A DNA stretch of 64,000 nt from Gemmatimonas sp. (GCA_009380025.1 WHSP01000001.1:28860-92859), one strand, 5' to 3'. Counted from the stretch's first letter, positions 51,546 through 61,479 are shown. Notes: generated from the sequence alone by a model not told the origin. Program-made: numbers and translations.

Positions 51546-51598
51546 GGTGACCGGCTCCCTGTTGGAGAATTCGCTCTCCGTCAACCCCGACCCCCTTC

Positions 51599-52279
51599 TC
51601 ACCTTGCCGGCCGGAAGTAGAAGCTGACCGGTAAGCCATCGGATTGATAGTTGTCGGGCAGTATCCCGAATGCACGATTGTTCCCCGCCTGTTCGACCGC
51701 CTCCAGGGCGGCCAGCCGGAAGGTCGCCCCGCCGGTGCTGCTAACCAACCTCAGGTCCGAGATCGAACCGTTCCGATTGATGACGAAATAGACCTCTGCC
51801 TGGCTTGACGTGCCCCTCGGTCCCCTGAAGTACCGATAGAGCTGCCGGACGATGTTGTTGCAGTAATCCGGCGTAGGGCATTGGACACCAGAGAGCTGCA
51901 TGTCGATGTCGTCGCCGCCTGGAGACGTGGGATCGGGCTGGTCGCCCGTCGAAGGTCTCTCGGGTTCCGGCTCTGGCTCCGGTTCCGGTTCGGGCTCAGG
52001 CTCTGGCTCAGGTTCCGGCTCAGGTTCTGGTTCCGGTTCGGGCTCAGGTTCAGGTTCAGGTTCAGGCTCAGGCTCGGGCTCCGGTTCAGGCTCTGGCTCC
52101 GGGATCGGCTCTCCCGACTCCTGCGGAGGGGGCGAGACGATGTTGATCGCGTAAACGCGCATCGGAGGGAGCTGGTTCGCGTCTCTACCCGCGAACCACG
52201 CGACGCCCACGATACCGGTATGAAGCAGAGCCGAGAACAGGAACGCCCCACCGAAGCGGCTACTGCTACGCCCGTTCAC
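51599..52279 (-). CDS. TolA-like / TonB-family protein with a long (Glu-Pro)n spacer
   Basis: N-terminal TM anchor, roughly 25 uninterrupted EP dipeptides, and a TonB_C/TolA-III-like C-terminus ([23 protein letters not shown]...). It sits between tolR and tolB. Confidence 0.7.
   Translation of the reverse strand: MNGRSSSRFGGAFLFSALLHTGIVGVAWFAGRDANQLPPMRVYAINIVSPPPQESGEPIPEPEPEPEPEPEPEPEPEPEPEPEPEPEPEPEPEPEPEPEPEPEPEPERPSTGDQPDPTSPGGDDIDMQLSGVQCPTPDYCNNIVRQLYRYFRGPRGTSSQAEVYFVINRNGSISDLRLVSSTGGATFRLAALEAVEQAGNNRAFGILPDNYQSDGLPVSFYFRPAR
51961..52104 (-). repeat. in-frame hexanucleotide repeat (GGYTCN) encoding the (EP)n linker
   Basis: About 24 consecutive GGYTCN units read directly from the sequence. 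Synonymous third-position variation breaks perfect identity. Confidence 0.85.
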
Positions 52280-52710
52280 CGCCCTCCTCCACCCCCTGAG
52301 CCCGGGCCGTCCGGCTCCGCGACCAGCCCGACCGCCGCGATATCGAGTGCCTTCATCGCGCCCAGCACCTGGAGCACACGGCCGTAGTTGACGTCCTGGT
52401 CCGCCCTAAGATAGATGTTCTGGGCCTGTCTGTCGCGCACCACGTCCGTCAGTGCGGGTTCGAACTCCTCCCAGGTCGCTTCGGCGTCGCCAATGAAGAT
52501 CGCACCGTCCTCGGTGACGGAGACGATCACGCCCTCAGGCGAGGAGATGGCCTCGGAGCGTGCTCGTGGCACCTGTACCTCCACACCCCCCTGAAGGATC
52601 GGGGCGGTGATGATGAAGATCACGAGCAGCGTGAAGGCGACGTCGACCAGCGAAGTCATGTTGATCTCAGCCCTCATCTCGAGAGCCTGAGCGGGTCTGC
52701 GCCGTGGCAT
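52276..52710 (-). CDS. tolR: biopolymer transporter TolR/ExbD
   Basis: [25 protein letters not shown] motif. Its ATG shares one base with the tolQ stop. Confidence 0.85.
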   Translation of the reverse strand: MPRRRPAQALEMRAEINMTSLVDVAFTLLVIFIITAPILQGGVEVQVPRARSEAISSPEGVIVSVTEDGAIFIGDAEATWEEFEPALTDVVRDRQAQNIYLRADQDVNYGRVLQVLGAMKALDIAAVGLVAEPDGPGSGGGGGR

Positions 52711-53432
52711 CAGACCTTCCCCTCTCGGGCGAGGGTCCCGATGAACTCGCTCGAGAAGCCTTCGAGCTCGCTCATGAAGAGATGAAGCCGCCCTGCGAAG
52801 TAGTTGTACGCGATGGCAGCCGGGATGGCGACAGTGAGGCCGGCGACGGTCGTCGACAACGCCTGCGCAACACCGGGCGCGACGGCCGTGATGTTCGCCG
52901 AACCGGCCGACGCGACGCCGATGAACGAGTTCATCACTCCCAGCACCGTGCCCAGCAGGCCGAGGAGTGGCGCGACGGTGGCGATGATCGCAAGCCACTG
53001 TAGCCCATGCGCCAACTCGTCCCGCTCCTCTCCTTCCTCTTTTTCGAGAACGAGCCTCAGCACTTCGAGCTGGGCGGTGCTGAGCCCGGCCACCATCGCT
53101 CCCTCACGCAGTGCGCCCGGCCGTAGCTCCGAGAAGAAGTTCACCCCGCGCCGGAAGACCCGTGTGAACGGAGACTCGGGGAGCATTCGGATGCTTCGAT
53201 AGGCTTCTTCCAGCCGCGTCGCCTTCTCCATGTAGGCTAGAAATCCTCCTGCTTGTTTCCAGACCCTGCGGAACGTGAAGTACTTCCAGACGATCAACGC
53301 CCAGGACATCAGCGAAAAGAACAGAAGGATTCCCAGGATGATCTGCGTCGAAAGGTTTCCTTCGACGACCATCCCCCACGGGGTCAACGGGTCCGCGGGC
53401 GCGATCTGGACAAGGATGAGTGACAGTCTCAC
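52710..53432 (-). CDS. tolQ: MotA/TolQ/ExbB proton-channel protein
   Basis: Three TM segments and the LAIIATVAPLLGLLGTVLGVMNSF motif. GTG 53432 chosen over the 53573 ORF start; ATG 53372 is also possible. Confidence 0.85.
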   Translation of the reverse strand: MRLSLILVQIAPADPLTPWGMVVEGNLSTQIILGILLFFSLMSWALIVWKYFTFRRVWKQAGGFLAYMEKATRLEEAYRSIRMLPESPFTRVFRRGVNFFSELRPGALREGAMVAGLSTAQLEVLRLVLEKEEGEERDELAHGLQWLAIIATVAPLLGLLGTVLGVMNSFIGVASAGSANITAVAPGVAQALSTTVAGLTVAIPAAIAYNYFAGRLHLFMSELEGFSSEFIGTLAREGKV

Positions 53433-53481
53433 GGGCCTCCGGCTCGGGTTGGTTGCGGGAGAATGAGGAGCGGCATGCGTT

Positions 53482-54801
53482 CTACTCCTCCGCCTGCTCG
53501 CTTTGTTCCGCTTCCTTCGGCTCCTCGTCGAGCTCGAAGAGGTAACGGACGGAGTCCAGAACGGCGGTTCCATGCCCGTTCCCGGCGGCTTCGCGGAGCC
53601 GCACCGTGGGCGTATGCAAAAACTTATTGAGCAAAGAGCGAGTCAGCGCGTCGATCGCCTGTTGGTCTTCGGCCGGCAGATGTGAAAGCCGCCGAAGCGT
53701 CCGCTCGAGCTCGGACTTGCGGACCGTTTCGCCGCGGCTGCGCAAATCCCGGATCGTCGGAACCACGGCCAGGCTCGAATACCAGGACCAGAACTCGGCG
53801 ACACTGTTGGCGACGATCTCCTCAGCGCGCGGAATCTCGGCGCGCCGCCGGTCCAGGCTGTCATCGACGATCTGGCGCAGGTCGTCGATGTTGTACAGGA
53901 AGACGTTCGGCTCGTCGCCCACACGAGGATCGACGTCGCGTGGAATGGCGATGTCGATGATGCAGAGCGGGTGCGAGGCGGCCTTCGGGTGCGCGGTCCG
54001 GAACCGCTCGAGCGACAGTACCGGGTGCGGCGCAGCGGTCGAGCAGATCACGATGTCGGTGCCTGGTAGCGATTTCTCGAGATCGGCCCAGGATACCGCC
54101 TTCCCGCCCCACTTCCCGGCAAGTTCCCTGGCCCGCTCGTAGGTCCGGTTCGCGACGACACAATTCCGGACGCCCTCGGAGCGAAGCAGCTCCAGCGTAA
54201 GCTCGCTCATCTCGCCGGCACCGATGACCAGCGCATTTCGACCCCGCAGCGACCCGAATATCTTCTTCGCCAGCTCGACGGCGGCGCCGGAGATCGAGGC
54301 TGCCCCAACGCCGATCTCCGTCTCTGACCGCACCCTGCCGCCGACGCGCAATGCCGCCTGGAAGAGCCGATTCAGCGTCGAACCGACGACCTGCCCCCCG
54401 AGACCTCTCGTCTCCTGCGCAAGCTGGTACGCCTCCTTCACCTGACCCTGGATCTGAGGCTCGCCCAGTACCATCGAATCGAGACCGGAGGTCACCTTGA
54501 AGAGGTGGCGAACGGCCGCCTTGTCACGGTGAAGGTAGAGGTACCCCCGCAGGGCCTCCATCGGAACGTCCACTCGGTCCGCCAGGATCTCACGGAACGC
54601 CGTATCCCCTCGTTGCAGGTCCGCCAGAGACAGGTAGATCTCCGTGCGGTTGCACGTCGAGACGAGGACTGCCTCAGCCGCCGCGCCAGAATCCACGAGA
54701 TCCGCGAGCACGGCGGGTGCCTCGGTTCGCGCCATGGCAAACCGCTCGCGCACATCGATCGGTGCGGTGTTGTGGTTGGTGCCGAGTACGACTATCGGCA
54801 T
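53482..54801 (-). CDS. hemA: glutamyl-tRNA reductase
   Basis: MPIVVLGTNHNTAPIDVRE, the catalytic STCNRTEIY block and the NADPH-binding GAGEMSEL block. Confidence 0.9.
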   Translation of the reverse strand: MPIVVLGTNHNTAPIDVRERFAMARTEAPAVLADLVDSGAAAEAVLVSTCNRTEIYLSLADLQRGDTAFREILADRVDVPMEALRGYLYLHRDKAAVRHLFKVTSGLDSMVLGEPQIQGQVKEAYQLAQETRGLGGQVVGSTLNRLFQAALRVGGRVRSETEIGVGAASISGAAVELAKKIFGSLRGRNALVIGAGEMSELTLELLRSEGVRNCVVANRTYERARELAGKWGGKAVSWADLEKSLPGTDIVICSTAAPHPVLSLERFRTAHPKAASHPLCIIDIAIPRDVDPRVGDEPNVFLYNIDDLRQIVDDSLDRRRAEIPRAEEIVANSVAEFWSWYSSLAVVPTIRDLRSRGETVRKSELERTLRRLSHLPAEDQQAIDALTRSLLNKFLHTPTVRLREAAGNGHGTAVLDSVRYLFELDEEPKEAEQSEQAEE

Positions 54802-54916
54802 CCACCACCAACCCGACTGGACGACCCCGACGTCGACACCGCAGTCAGACGACGTTGCGGCGCGACTTCCTCCGATCTCGACGATCCCCGGCCTCGTCCG
54901 ATACGACCTCCGAAGC

Positions 54917-55726
54917 TCAAAGGAACACCCCCTGCTGAACTTCCTGGACGCGAAGGACAACGTACAGAACAACCACGACGATGAAACCGATCACACTGGC
55001 CAGCGCACCCCGCTCCGCCTTCTGACCCGCGCCGAGGCGCGCCAGCAAAGCCGTGAGGAAGACGACCCAGATCAGCACCACCCAGGTCAACTTCAGATTC
55101 CCGGGCGGCACGTCGAAGCTGACCGTCCACGCCCAACCGAGCAGGAGGGCGAGGGTCAGGAACGGAAAGCCGATCAACAGCCCGCGGCGGCCGAGTCGAT
55201 CGAGTGTCTCCAGCGGGGGGAAAAACCGAAATATCGCACCGAAGTGCTTGCTCTTCAACTCCCGGAACTGGAGGAGGTACATCAAACCGGCGGCGAAAGC
55301 GACTGCCAGGCCGGCAATGCCGACGAATGCAAAGAAGATGTGGAGGAAGAACCAACCGGCTCGGTAACTGGTCGGCGAGTCCCCCGGGGCGATGCCAACG
55401 ACGGCCGCGACGGCGGTCAAGACGGTGACGATCGGGACGAGGACGAGACCGACGGTCGAGGCGTGGCCGAGGGTCGCCGCCATGAGGAAACCCAAGCCGA
55501 TCAGGAATGCTAGTGTGGAGAGAGCCGGGCCGAGGCCGGCGAGTGGCAATTGATCCCAGGTAGCGGTAAAGTCGGCCAGGCCAGCGGCGTGGATGACGAG
55601 CCCGACGGCTACCACGATGCTCGCCAGCGCGGTCAGCCTTCGCATATCACGCATGAGGGAGACGCCGAGAAGCGCTCCCGCTACGCCGTAGAGGGCGAAA
55701 GAGCCGATGTGAAGGATACCGATCAT
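54917..55726 (-). CDS. cytochrome c assembly (CcsA/HemX-like) integral membrane protein
   Basis: Eight hydrophobic segments, positioned directly upstream of hemA like the Bacillus hemX gene that neighbours hemA. The family call is tentative. Confidence 0.6.
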   Translation of the reverse strand: MIGILHIGSFALYGVAGALLGVSLMRDMRRLTALASIVVAVGLVIHAAGLADFTATWDQLPLAGLGPALSTLAFLIGLGFLMAATLGHASTVGLVLVPIVTVLTAVAAVVGIAPGDSPTSYRAGWFFLHIFFAFVGIAGLAVAFAAGLMYLLQFRELKSKHFGAIFRFFPPLETLDRLGRRGLLIGFPFLTLALLLGWAWTVSFDVPPGNLKLTWVVLIWVVFLTALLARLGAGQKAERGALASVIGFIVVVVLYVVLRVQEVQQGVFL

Positions 55727-55807
55727 CTACCCGTCGTACCTCGCCCTTCGGATGGTTGTCCGGGTGCGCTCAAAGTGGTGATCGCTTCCCAGCGCACGAC
55801 TCCCACG

Positions 55808-56611
55808 TCATGGCTTGCGCGCCGCCAGGCGCACGGGCAAACCAACCTGTAGTGCCGGGTGGCCGAGGGACACGACCCGGACGGCCGAGGTGATGAGCGA
55901 GACCCGGAGGACCTGCAGCTTCGCCACGAAGACTTCCGGTCGCCGCCCCCAAACCTCTTGCCCGGCGGGGAAATAGGCTTCGAATTCGTCACCTACTACC
56001 ACCCCGGACGTGGCGCCGAGGTTCACGAACGCGACATCTTCCGTCGCGATCAGAGGCTCGGACGACTGGAACCCGACCACCCGACCTTCGAGACCCCTCG
56101 CCGAGACGGGCGAGACGCCAGCCGGAGCGTCGAACTCGGGCATCGGAATGGCGATATCGTCGATGGCGACACGATCATAGAATCGGTCCACCTCCACCGT
56201 CGCCACCCCGGCCTCGACGTCGAGGACCTGGCCGCTTCCAGTCGGGATGAAGATACGCCCCCAGGGAGAAACCACCGACGCTGAGCGGAGAAGCTGGATG
56301 CGTTCGCCGATCGCAACGCCGTTTCCCATCACGACGAGCAAGACTCTGTCGTACGGCTGGATCGCAGGGGCCACGCTCCGCTCGATCAGCGTGGGGTCGA
56401 CGACTTCAACGAGCCGGCCCACGACATCGAGCTCGGATTCCGGCACCAACATGCCCGCCGAATAGAAGCGACCGGCCAGAACGAGGGGTGGCTCACGCCT
56501 ACCACCCGCGTCGCGAACGCCCGCCGGCGGTACGTCAGATGCCACTACCTGCGCCGATGCCGGGAACGCGGTACCCGCGAGCAGGAAACCGAAAGGAATC
56601 ATCCATTTCAT
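55808..56611 (-). CDS. hypothetical secreted protein
   Basis: Signal peptide MKWMIPFGFLLAGTAFPASA. Two similar Val/Gly-rich beta segments (G-x-x-V-x-V-x-x-G). No family recognised. ATG 56611 chosen. Confidence 0.55.
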   Translation of the reverse strand: MKWMIPFGFLLAGTAFPASAQVVASDVPPAGVRDAGGRREPPLVLAGRFYSAGMLVPESELDVVGRLVEVVDPTLIERSVAPAIQPYDRVLLVVMGNGVAIGERIQLLRSASVVSPWGRIFIPTGSGQVLDVEAGVATVEVDRFYDRVAIDDIAIPMPEFDAPAGVSPVSARGLEGRVVGFQSSEPLIATEDVAFVNLGATSGVVVGDEFEAYFPAGQEVWGRRPEVFVAKLQVLRVSLITSAVRVVSLGHPALQVGLPVRLAARKP

Positions 56612-56860
56612 CGCTGCACCGAAGCGCGCTTCGCGCGCTCGCCGGAGGCTCCCGATGCTCGGGGACGCCGGCCGCGGGCCTTCGCGCGATATAGGGAAAT
56701 GCAGGCGATACCGCTCAATGGATGTACCCTTGGGGCGGGACACCCAGTTATACCACCCGTTGGGTCGGGGGTCAACCCTGATCGGGCGGCCGAGCGGGAC
56801 CGGAGAAAGTGACATAGTTTATTTCTGTACAATCAGTTACAAATATCTCACCGGAGGCGC

Positions 56861-56925
56861 TGAGGACGCGGAGATACACTCCAGCCGTTCTCGGATACTC
56901 CGCGCTCTCCGCGTCGCCGCGTGAG
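56861..56925. repeat. GC-rich palindromic repeat, core GACGCGGAGA / TCTCCGCGTC
   Basis: GACGCGGAGA (56865-56874) pairs with TCTCCGCGTC (56906-56915). The right arm GCGCTCTCCGCGTCGCCGCGTGA matches 59336-59358 at 21 of 23 positions. Confidence 0.55.
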
Positions 56926-56940
56926 ACTCCAGAACGAGGA

Positions 56941-56969
56941 AGGGGCGGAATCCGCTCGGATCCGCCCCT
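56941..56969 (-). terminator. stem-loop 32 nt downstream of ssb
   Basis: AGGGGCGGA (56941-56949) pairs with TCCGCCCCT (56961-56969). There is no clear U-tract. Confidence 0.45.
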
Positions 56970-57000
56970 CTTGTACGGCGGGTGGCCCCGCCCGGAGCTC

Positions 57001-57474
57001 TCAGAACGGCAAGTCGTCCTCTTCCTCCGGAAAGTCAGTGGAGAAATCGTCGTAGGAACCTTCCTTCTCCTTGGACGGGGTCGCGGCCGCAGCTGGCTGC
57101 CTCTCCCTCTGGGAGTTACCGCCGCCGGACGAGCCGCTCTCGCGGCTACCGAGCATAACGAGCTCGCGGGCCCGGATCTCGGTGACATAGCGGGTGTTGC
57201 CGTCTTTGTCGTCGTAGGAGCGGTATTCGATCTCGCCCTCGATGTACACCGAATCTCCCTTCTTCAGGTAGCGATCGGCGACATCGGCGAGCTTCTCCCA
57301 CAGCACGATGCGGTGCCACTCCGTTTTCTCCTGCTGCTGTCCGGACCGGTCGTTCCAGCGGCGGCTCGTGGCCACCGAAAGGTTGGCGACTTGCGAGCCG
57401 CTCGAAACGCTCCTGACCTCCGGGTCGGCGCCCAGGTTGCCGACGATGATCGCCTTGTTCACGCTGCGGGACAC
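57001..57474 (-). CDS. ssb: single-stranded DNA-binding protein
   Basis: OB-fold start NKAIIVGNLGADPEV, TEWHRIVLW, Gly/Ser/Gln-rich tail and the acidic tip DDLPF. AGGAGG Shine-Dalgarno before the GTG start. Confidence 0.93.
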   Translation of the reverse strand: MSRSVNKAIIVGNLGADPEVRSVSSGSQVANLSVATSRRWNDRSGQQQEKTEWHRIVLWEKLADVADRYLKKGDSVYIEGEIEYRSYDDKDGNTRYVTEIRARELVMLGSRESGSSGGGNSQRERQPAAAATPSKEKEGSYDDFSTDFPEEEDDLPF

Positions 57475-57580
57475 GGTTCCTCCTGCGGTTGAGGGAAAGC
57501 GCGGATGACGGTGGCGGGGTCCGTCCAGATTGCAATGTCGGGCTCTGAGGGAGCCCGTGCAACCGAAGGTGACCTCCGGG

Positions 57581-58051
57581 TCAAATCAGATCTCGACGCA
57601 TCACGAACGCGTCTTCTGTAGGTTGGGAGTAATAGTTTCGCCGGCGCCCGACGAGTCGGAAATCGCATTGTTCGTATAGCGCGCGTGCTTGCCCGTTGGA
57701 TTCGCGCACCTCGAGAAAGCACTCCCTGGCACCGCGTTGTCGGACGATCGCGAGGATCGCGTCGACGAGCCGCCGACCGGTGCCGCGCCCGCGCTCGGTC
57801 GGGGCGACGGCCACGTTGCCCAGTTCCGCTTGGTCGCCGACCGTCCAGCACACGGCGTAGCCGACGGGCCGATCCTCACGCGTCGCTGCCACCAGGTTCG
57901 AGTCTCGTCGAAGCATCAAGCCACGGAAGGTGGACTCTCGCCACGGCGTGCTGAAAGAAGCGCGTTCGATCGCCATCACCGCCGGGAGGTCAGCAGGAGC
58001 GAGCGGCCTGAGATAGACGTCCCCGGGGACTTCCTCGCGTACAGCGCTCAT
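57581..58051 (-). CDS. rimI: ribosomal-protein-alanine N-acetyltransferase
   Basis: GNAT core VAVAPTERGRGTGRRLV. The 4-nt overlap with tsaB fits the conserved tsaE-tsaB-rimI order. Confidence 0.8.
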   Translation of the reverse strand: MSAVREEVPGDVYLRPLAPADLPAVMAIERASFSTPWRESTFRGLMLRRDSNLVAATREDRPVGYAVCWTVGDQAELGNVAVAPTERGRGTGRRLVDAILAIVRQRGARECFLEVRESNGQARALYEQCDFRLVGRRRNYYSQPTEDAFVMRRDLI

Positions 58052-58791
58052 CGATCTCCACCACGGCTCCGGGCGGCGGCAATCCGCTCCGCGCCGGAAG
58101 CGCGAAGGTATTGGGGCTCCCAGCTCGGCGGATCTCTCACCCGCCCCATCTCGGCGGCGGCATCGGCGAGCCAGAGCAGGCTGGCGGCGCGCGGCCACCG
58201 GTACAGAGCCGGAGCGACGGTAGCGCCCGCTGCCTCGAGCTCAGCCCGATGTTTCATGGCGCCGTCCCCGATGCAGACGGCATCCGGGAGCGCAGCGACC
58301 TCTTGCGTGACCACTCCGATATCGGCTGCAACCGGTGACCTCACGACGACGACGCCAGGATCGAAACGATAGGTCGCCGCATACACGTCAGGTCCCCGCG
58401 CATCGAGGAGCGGGCAAATGAAACGTTCGGAAGCCCAGGCATGCGTGGCCAGGGCCAGCAGGCTCGAATAGGCAAAGAACGGCAGAGCCAGAGCACCCAC
58501 GATACCCTTCGCGGTTGCGGCCGCGATCCGAATTCCCGTGAACGATCCGGGCCCGGCCCCGACGACGACTCCGCCCAGCTGCTTCGGCGCGAGCCCGGCC
58601 AGCTCCAGCGCGTGGTCGATCGTGGGCAATAGAGTCGACGAGTGCCCTGCTCTGGTCGGGAACCGGCCGGAACCCGGAAGTGGCGTGTCCACCGCGATCT
58701 CCACAAGAACCCGAGATCCGTCACCAACGGCGATGGTCGCGGTGCTCGTCGAAGAGTCGATCGCCAGTAGCGGTCGCCGAGATGCCATCAT
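58048..58791 (-). CDS. tsaB: tRNA t6A37 biosynthesis protein TsaB
   Basis: LLAIDSSTSTATIAV N-terminal ASKHA motif and GAGPGSFTGIRI. Confidence 0.85.
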   Translation of the reverse strand: MMASRRPLLAIDSSTSTATIAVGDGSRVLVEIAVDTPLPGSGRFPTRAGHSSTLLPTIDHALELAGLAPKQLGGVVVGAGPGSFTGIRIAAATAKGIVGALALPFFAYSSLLALATHAWASERFICPLLDARGPDVYAATYRFDPGVVVVRSPVAADIGVVTQEVAALPDAVCIGDGAMKHRAELEAAGATVAPALYRWPRAASLLWLADAAAEMGRVRDPPSWEPQYLRASGAERIAAARSRGGDR

Positions 58792-59237
58792 CCCCCCGGG
58801 TCGGGGATCGGTGACGGCTCGCCTACGGCCTCGAGCGTCACCAGCCTCGCATCCGGTGATTCCGCCTCGCGAAGCCGGATCTCCCAGCGCGGCTCCGGGA
58901 GCACCTCTTCCGCGCTCTCCGGCCATTCGATGAGCACAATCTCGCTCTCGGATGGAAGCTCCTCCCAACCCAGCTCCCACACCTCCGACTCGTGCTGGAT
59001 ACGGAACAGATCGATGTGGACCACATGCCTTCCCTCGGTCGCCCAATACCGGAACAGAAGGTTGTATGTCGGCGATGGTACCGGGCCCTCCACCCCTGCC
59101 CCCTCCGCGATCGCCCGAGCCAACGTCGTCTTCCCGGTACCGAGGTCACCTCGTAAGGCGATCACCAGCGGGGGTGACGCCGCCTGCCCGATGCGGCGGC
59201 CCCAATCCTGGAGCTCCACCTCGTTCAAGGAAGCCAT
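58788..59237 (-). CDS. tsaE: tRNA t6A37 biosynthesis ATPase TsaE
   Basis: Walker A LRGDLGTGKTTLARAI, followed by SPTYNL and HIDLFR. Confidence 0.88.
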   Translation of the reverse strand: MASLNEVELQDWGRRIGQAASPPLVIALRGDLGTGKTTLARAIAEGAGVEGPVPSPTYNLLFRYWATEGRHVVHIDLFRIQHESEVWELGWEELPSESEIVLIEWPESAEEVLPEPRWEIRLREAESPDARLVTLEAVGEPSPIPDPGG

Positions 59238-59287
59238 TCAGGGCAAATCTATCCTACGGGAGCGACATGCGGAACCGAGAGCGATAC

Positions 59288-59358
59288 TCACGCGGAGACG
59301 CGAAGAGTGCGGAGAAAAAGAGTCCTTCAAGCTTCGCGCTCTCCGCGTCTTCGCGTGA
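59288..59358. repeat. GC-rich palindromic repeat, same family as 56861-56925
   Basis: TCACGCGGAGACGCGAAGAGTGC (59288-59310) matches the reverse complement of GCGCTCTCCGCGTCTTCGCGTGA (59336-59358) at 20 of 23 positions. Confidence 0.6.
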
Positions 59359-59379
59359 AACCTGTCGTTCTACGCCGTC

Positions 59380-61422
59380 CTATCCTCGAAGTGCGCGCTG
59401 CTTCTTCGGGCCGTCCATGGCCGCCTTCACTTCGAGAAGCTGGTCGCGAAGCACCGCGGCTCGCTCGAAGTCGAGCCGGGCGGCCGCCTCCCGCATCTCC
59501 CCTTCGAGCTCTGCGATCACCTCCTCCGGGTTCCGGCCCTTCAACGCGTCGCCGTACGGCTTCCTCGCTTCGGCCACCTTCCGCTGAGAGCGCCCACGAG
59601 CGTCCGCCACCCTCGTGGTGAGCTCGATCTCCTCGATCGACTTGACGATCGTCGTCGGGACGATTCCGTTCACCCGGTTGAATTCTTCCTGGATCGACCG
59701 CCTGCGCTCTGTCTCCCCGATCATCCGCTCCATCGAACCGGTGACCCTGTCGGCATAGAGGATCGCACGCCCCTGTGCGTTCCTTGCCGCTCGGCCCACG
59801 GTCTGGATCAGCGAGCGGTCCGACCTGAGGAACCCTTCCTTGTCCGCATCGAGGATCGCGACGAGCGAGACTTCGGGTAGATCCAGCCCCTCACGCAGCA
59901 GGTTGATGCCCACGAGGACGTCGAATCGACCGAGCCGCAGGTCACGCAGGATCTCGACCCGCTGCAGGGCGTCGATGTCGGAGTGCAGGTAACGGACGCG
60001 GACGCCGACGCCCTGGAAGAAGTCCGTCAGGTCCTCGGCCATTCGTTTGGTCAGCGTGGTGACGAGCACCCGTTCCTTGCGACCGACCCGGTCCTGGATC
60101 TCGGCGAGAAGGTCGTCGACCTGTCCCTTGACCGGACGCACCTCGACGATCGGGTCGAGCAGCCCGGTAGGCCGGATGATCTGCTCCACGACGACGCCGC
60201 CGCTCTTCGTCAGTTCGTAGTCTCCAGGCGTCGCGGAGACGAAGACGACCCTGGAGAGCATCTGCTCCCATTCATCGAAGCGAAGCGGTCGATTGTCGAG
60301 GGCCGATGGAAGGCGGAAACCATGCTCGACCAGGACAGTCTTCCGGGCGCGGTCGCCATTGTACATGGCCCCGATCTGTGGAACCGTGACGTGGCTCTCG
60401 TCGACGATCACCAGGAGATCGTGAGGGAAGTAGTCGAGCAGACAGGCGGGGCGTTCGCCCTCGCGGCGGCCGGTCAGGTGACGCGAGTAGTTCTCGATTC
60501 CCGAGCACGTCCCGATCTCCACCATCATCTCGATGTCGAAGTTGGTGCGCGATTCGATTCGCTGGGCCTCCAGCAGCCGATTTTCGGCGAGCAGATCCCT
60601 CAGCCTCTCTCTTAGCTCCTCGCGAATCTTCTCGACGGCTCGCTCAATCGTCTGTCGCTGCGTCACGAAGTGCGTCGCCGGGTAGATGGCCGCGCGCTGG
60701 AGGGAGACGATGGTGTCACCAGTCACCGGATCGAAGCGCGAAATTCGCTCGATCTCGTCACCCCAGAGCTCGATCCGCACGCCCTGTTCGTCATACGCAG
60801 GGAAGACTTCGACCGTGTCCCCGCGCACGCGGAACGCCCCACGCTCGAAGGAGACGTCGTTGCGGCTGTACTGGATGTTGACCAGCCCCGCCAGGATCTC
60901 CTTGCGACGGATCTCTTGGCCGACGGCCAGCGTGAGCATCTGCGCCCGGTATTCCTGCGGGTCGCCGAGACCGTAGATCGACGAGACGGAGGAGACGATC
61001 ACCACGTCGTCCCGCTCCATCAGCGAGGATGTCGCGCGGAGGCGCAGTCTCTCGATGTCCTCGTTGATCGACGAATCTTTCTCGATGTACGTGTCGGTGG
61101 CCGGGACGTAGGCCTCCGGTTGGTAGTAGTCGTAGTAGGAGATGAAGTACTCGACGGCGTTCTTCGGGAAGAACTGCTTCAACTCGCCGTAGAGCTGCGC
61201 GGCGAGGGTTTTGTTGTGGCTCATCACCAACGTCGGACGGCCAAGTCGGGCGATGGCGTGCGCCATCGTCAGGGTCTTCCCTGTACCGGTCGCACCCAGC
61301 AACGTCTGGTACCGCGCGCCCGAGCCGAGCCCGGCGACGAGCTCCTCGATGGCTTTGGGCTGATCGCCTGCCGGGAGGAAGGGAGAGACGAGCTCGAATG
61401 GTGTGGTTGTGGTATTTGCCAC
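59380..61422 (-). CDS. uvrB: excinuclease ABC subunit B
   Basis: GATGTGKT Walker A, DESH box (VDESHVT), helicase C blocks, and a C-terminal UVR domain ([21 protein letters not shown]). Confidence 0.95.
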   Translation of the reverse strand: MANTTTTPFELVSPFLPAGDQPKAIEELVAGLGSGARYQTLLGATGTGKTLTMAHAIARLGRPTLVMSHNKTLAAQLYGELKQFFPKNAVEYFISYYDYYQPEAYVPATDTYIEKDSSINEDIERLRLRATSSLMERDDVVIVSSVSSIYGLGDPQEYRAQMLTLAVGQEIRRKEILAGLVNIQYSRNDVSFERGAFRVRGDTVEVFPAYDEQGVRIELWGDEIERISRFDPVTGDTIVSLQRAAIYPATHFVTQRQTIERAVEKIREELRERLRDLLAENRLLEAQRIESRTNFDIEMMVEIGTCSGIENYSRHLTGRREGERPACLLDYFPHDLLVIVDESHVTVPQIGAMYNGDRARKTVLVEHGFRLPSALDNRPLRFDEWEQMLSRVVFVSATPGDYELTKSGGVVVEQIIRPTGLLDPIVEVRPVKGQVDDLLAEIQDRVGRKERVLVTTLTKRMAEDLTDFFQGVGVRVRYLHSDIDALQRVEILRDLRLGRFDVLVGINLLREGLDLPEVSLVAILDADKEGFLRSDRSLIQTVGRAARNAQGRAILYADRVTGSMERMIGETERRRSIQEEFNRVNGIVPTTIVKSIEEIELTTRVADARGRSQRKVAEARKPYGDALKGRNPEEVIAELEGEMREAAARLDFERAAVLRDQLLEVKAAMDGPKKQRALRG

Positions 61423-61444
61423 GTTTCGGGTGTTGGCGCCGGAG

Positions 61445-61479
61445 GGTTACCAGTTACCAGTTACCAGTCTCACCGGTTA
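61445..61479. repeat. period-7 array, family GGTAACT; left boundary of the 4HB/NTase pair
   Basis: GGTTACC AGTTACC AGTTACC AGTCTCA CCGGTTA. The TAA stop of the four-helix-bundle gene (61454-61456) lies inside it, and uvrB starts 23 nt away. Confidence 0.75.

Noticed and set aside
51961-52104. Possible CRISPR-like or other spacer-containing array (also considered for the heptamer arrays)
   Set aside because: The units are 6-7 nt, directly tandem and without spacers. The hexamer tract is in-frame coding sequence for (EP)n. No cas genes are present.
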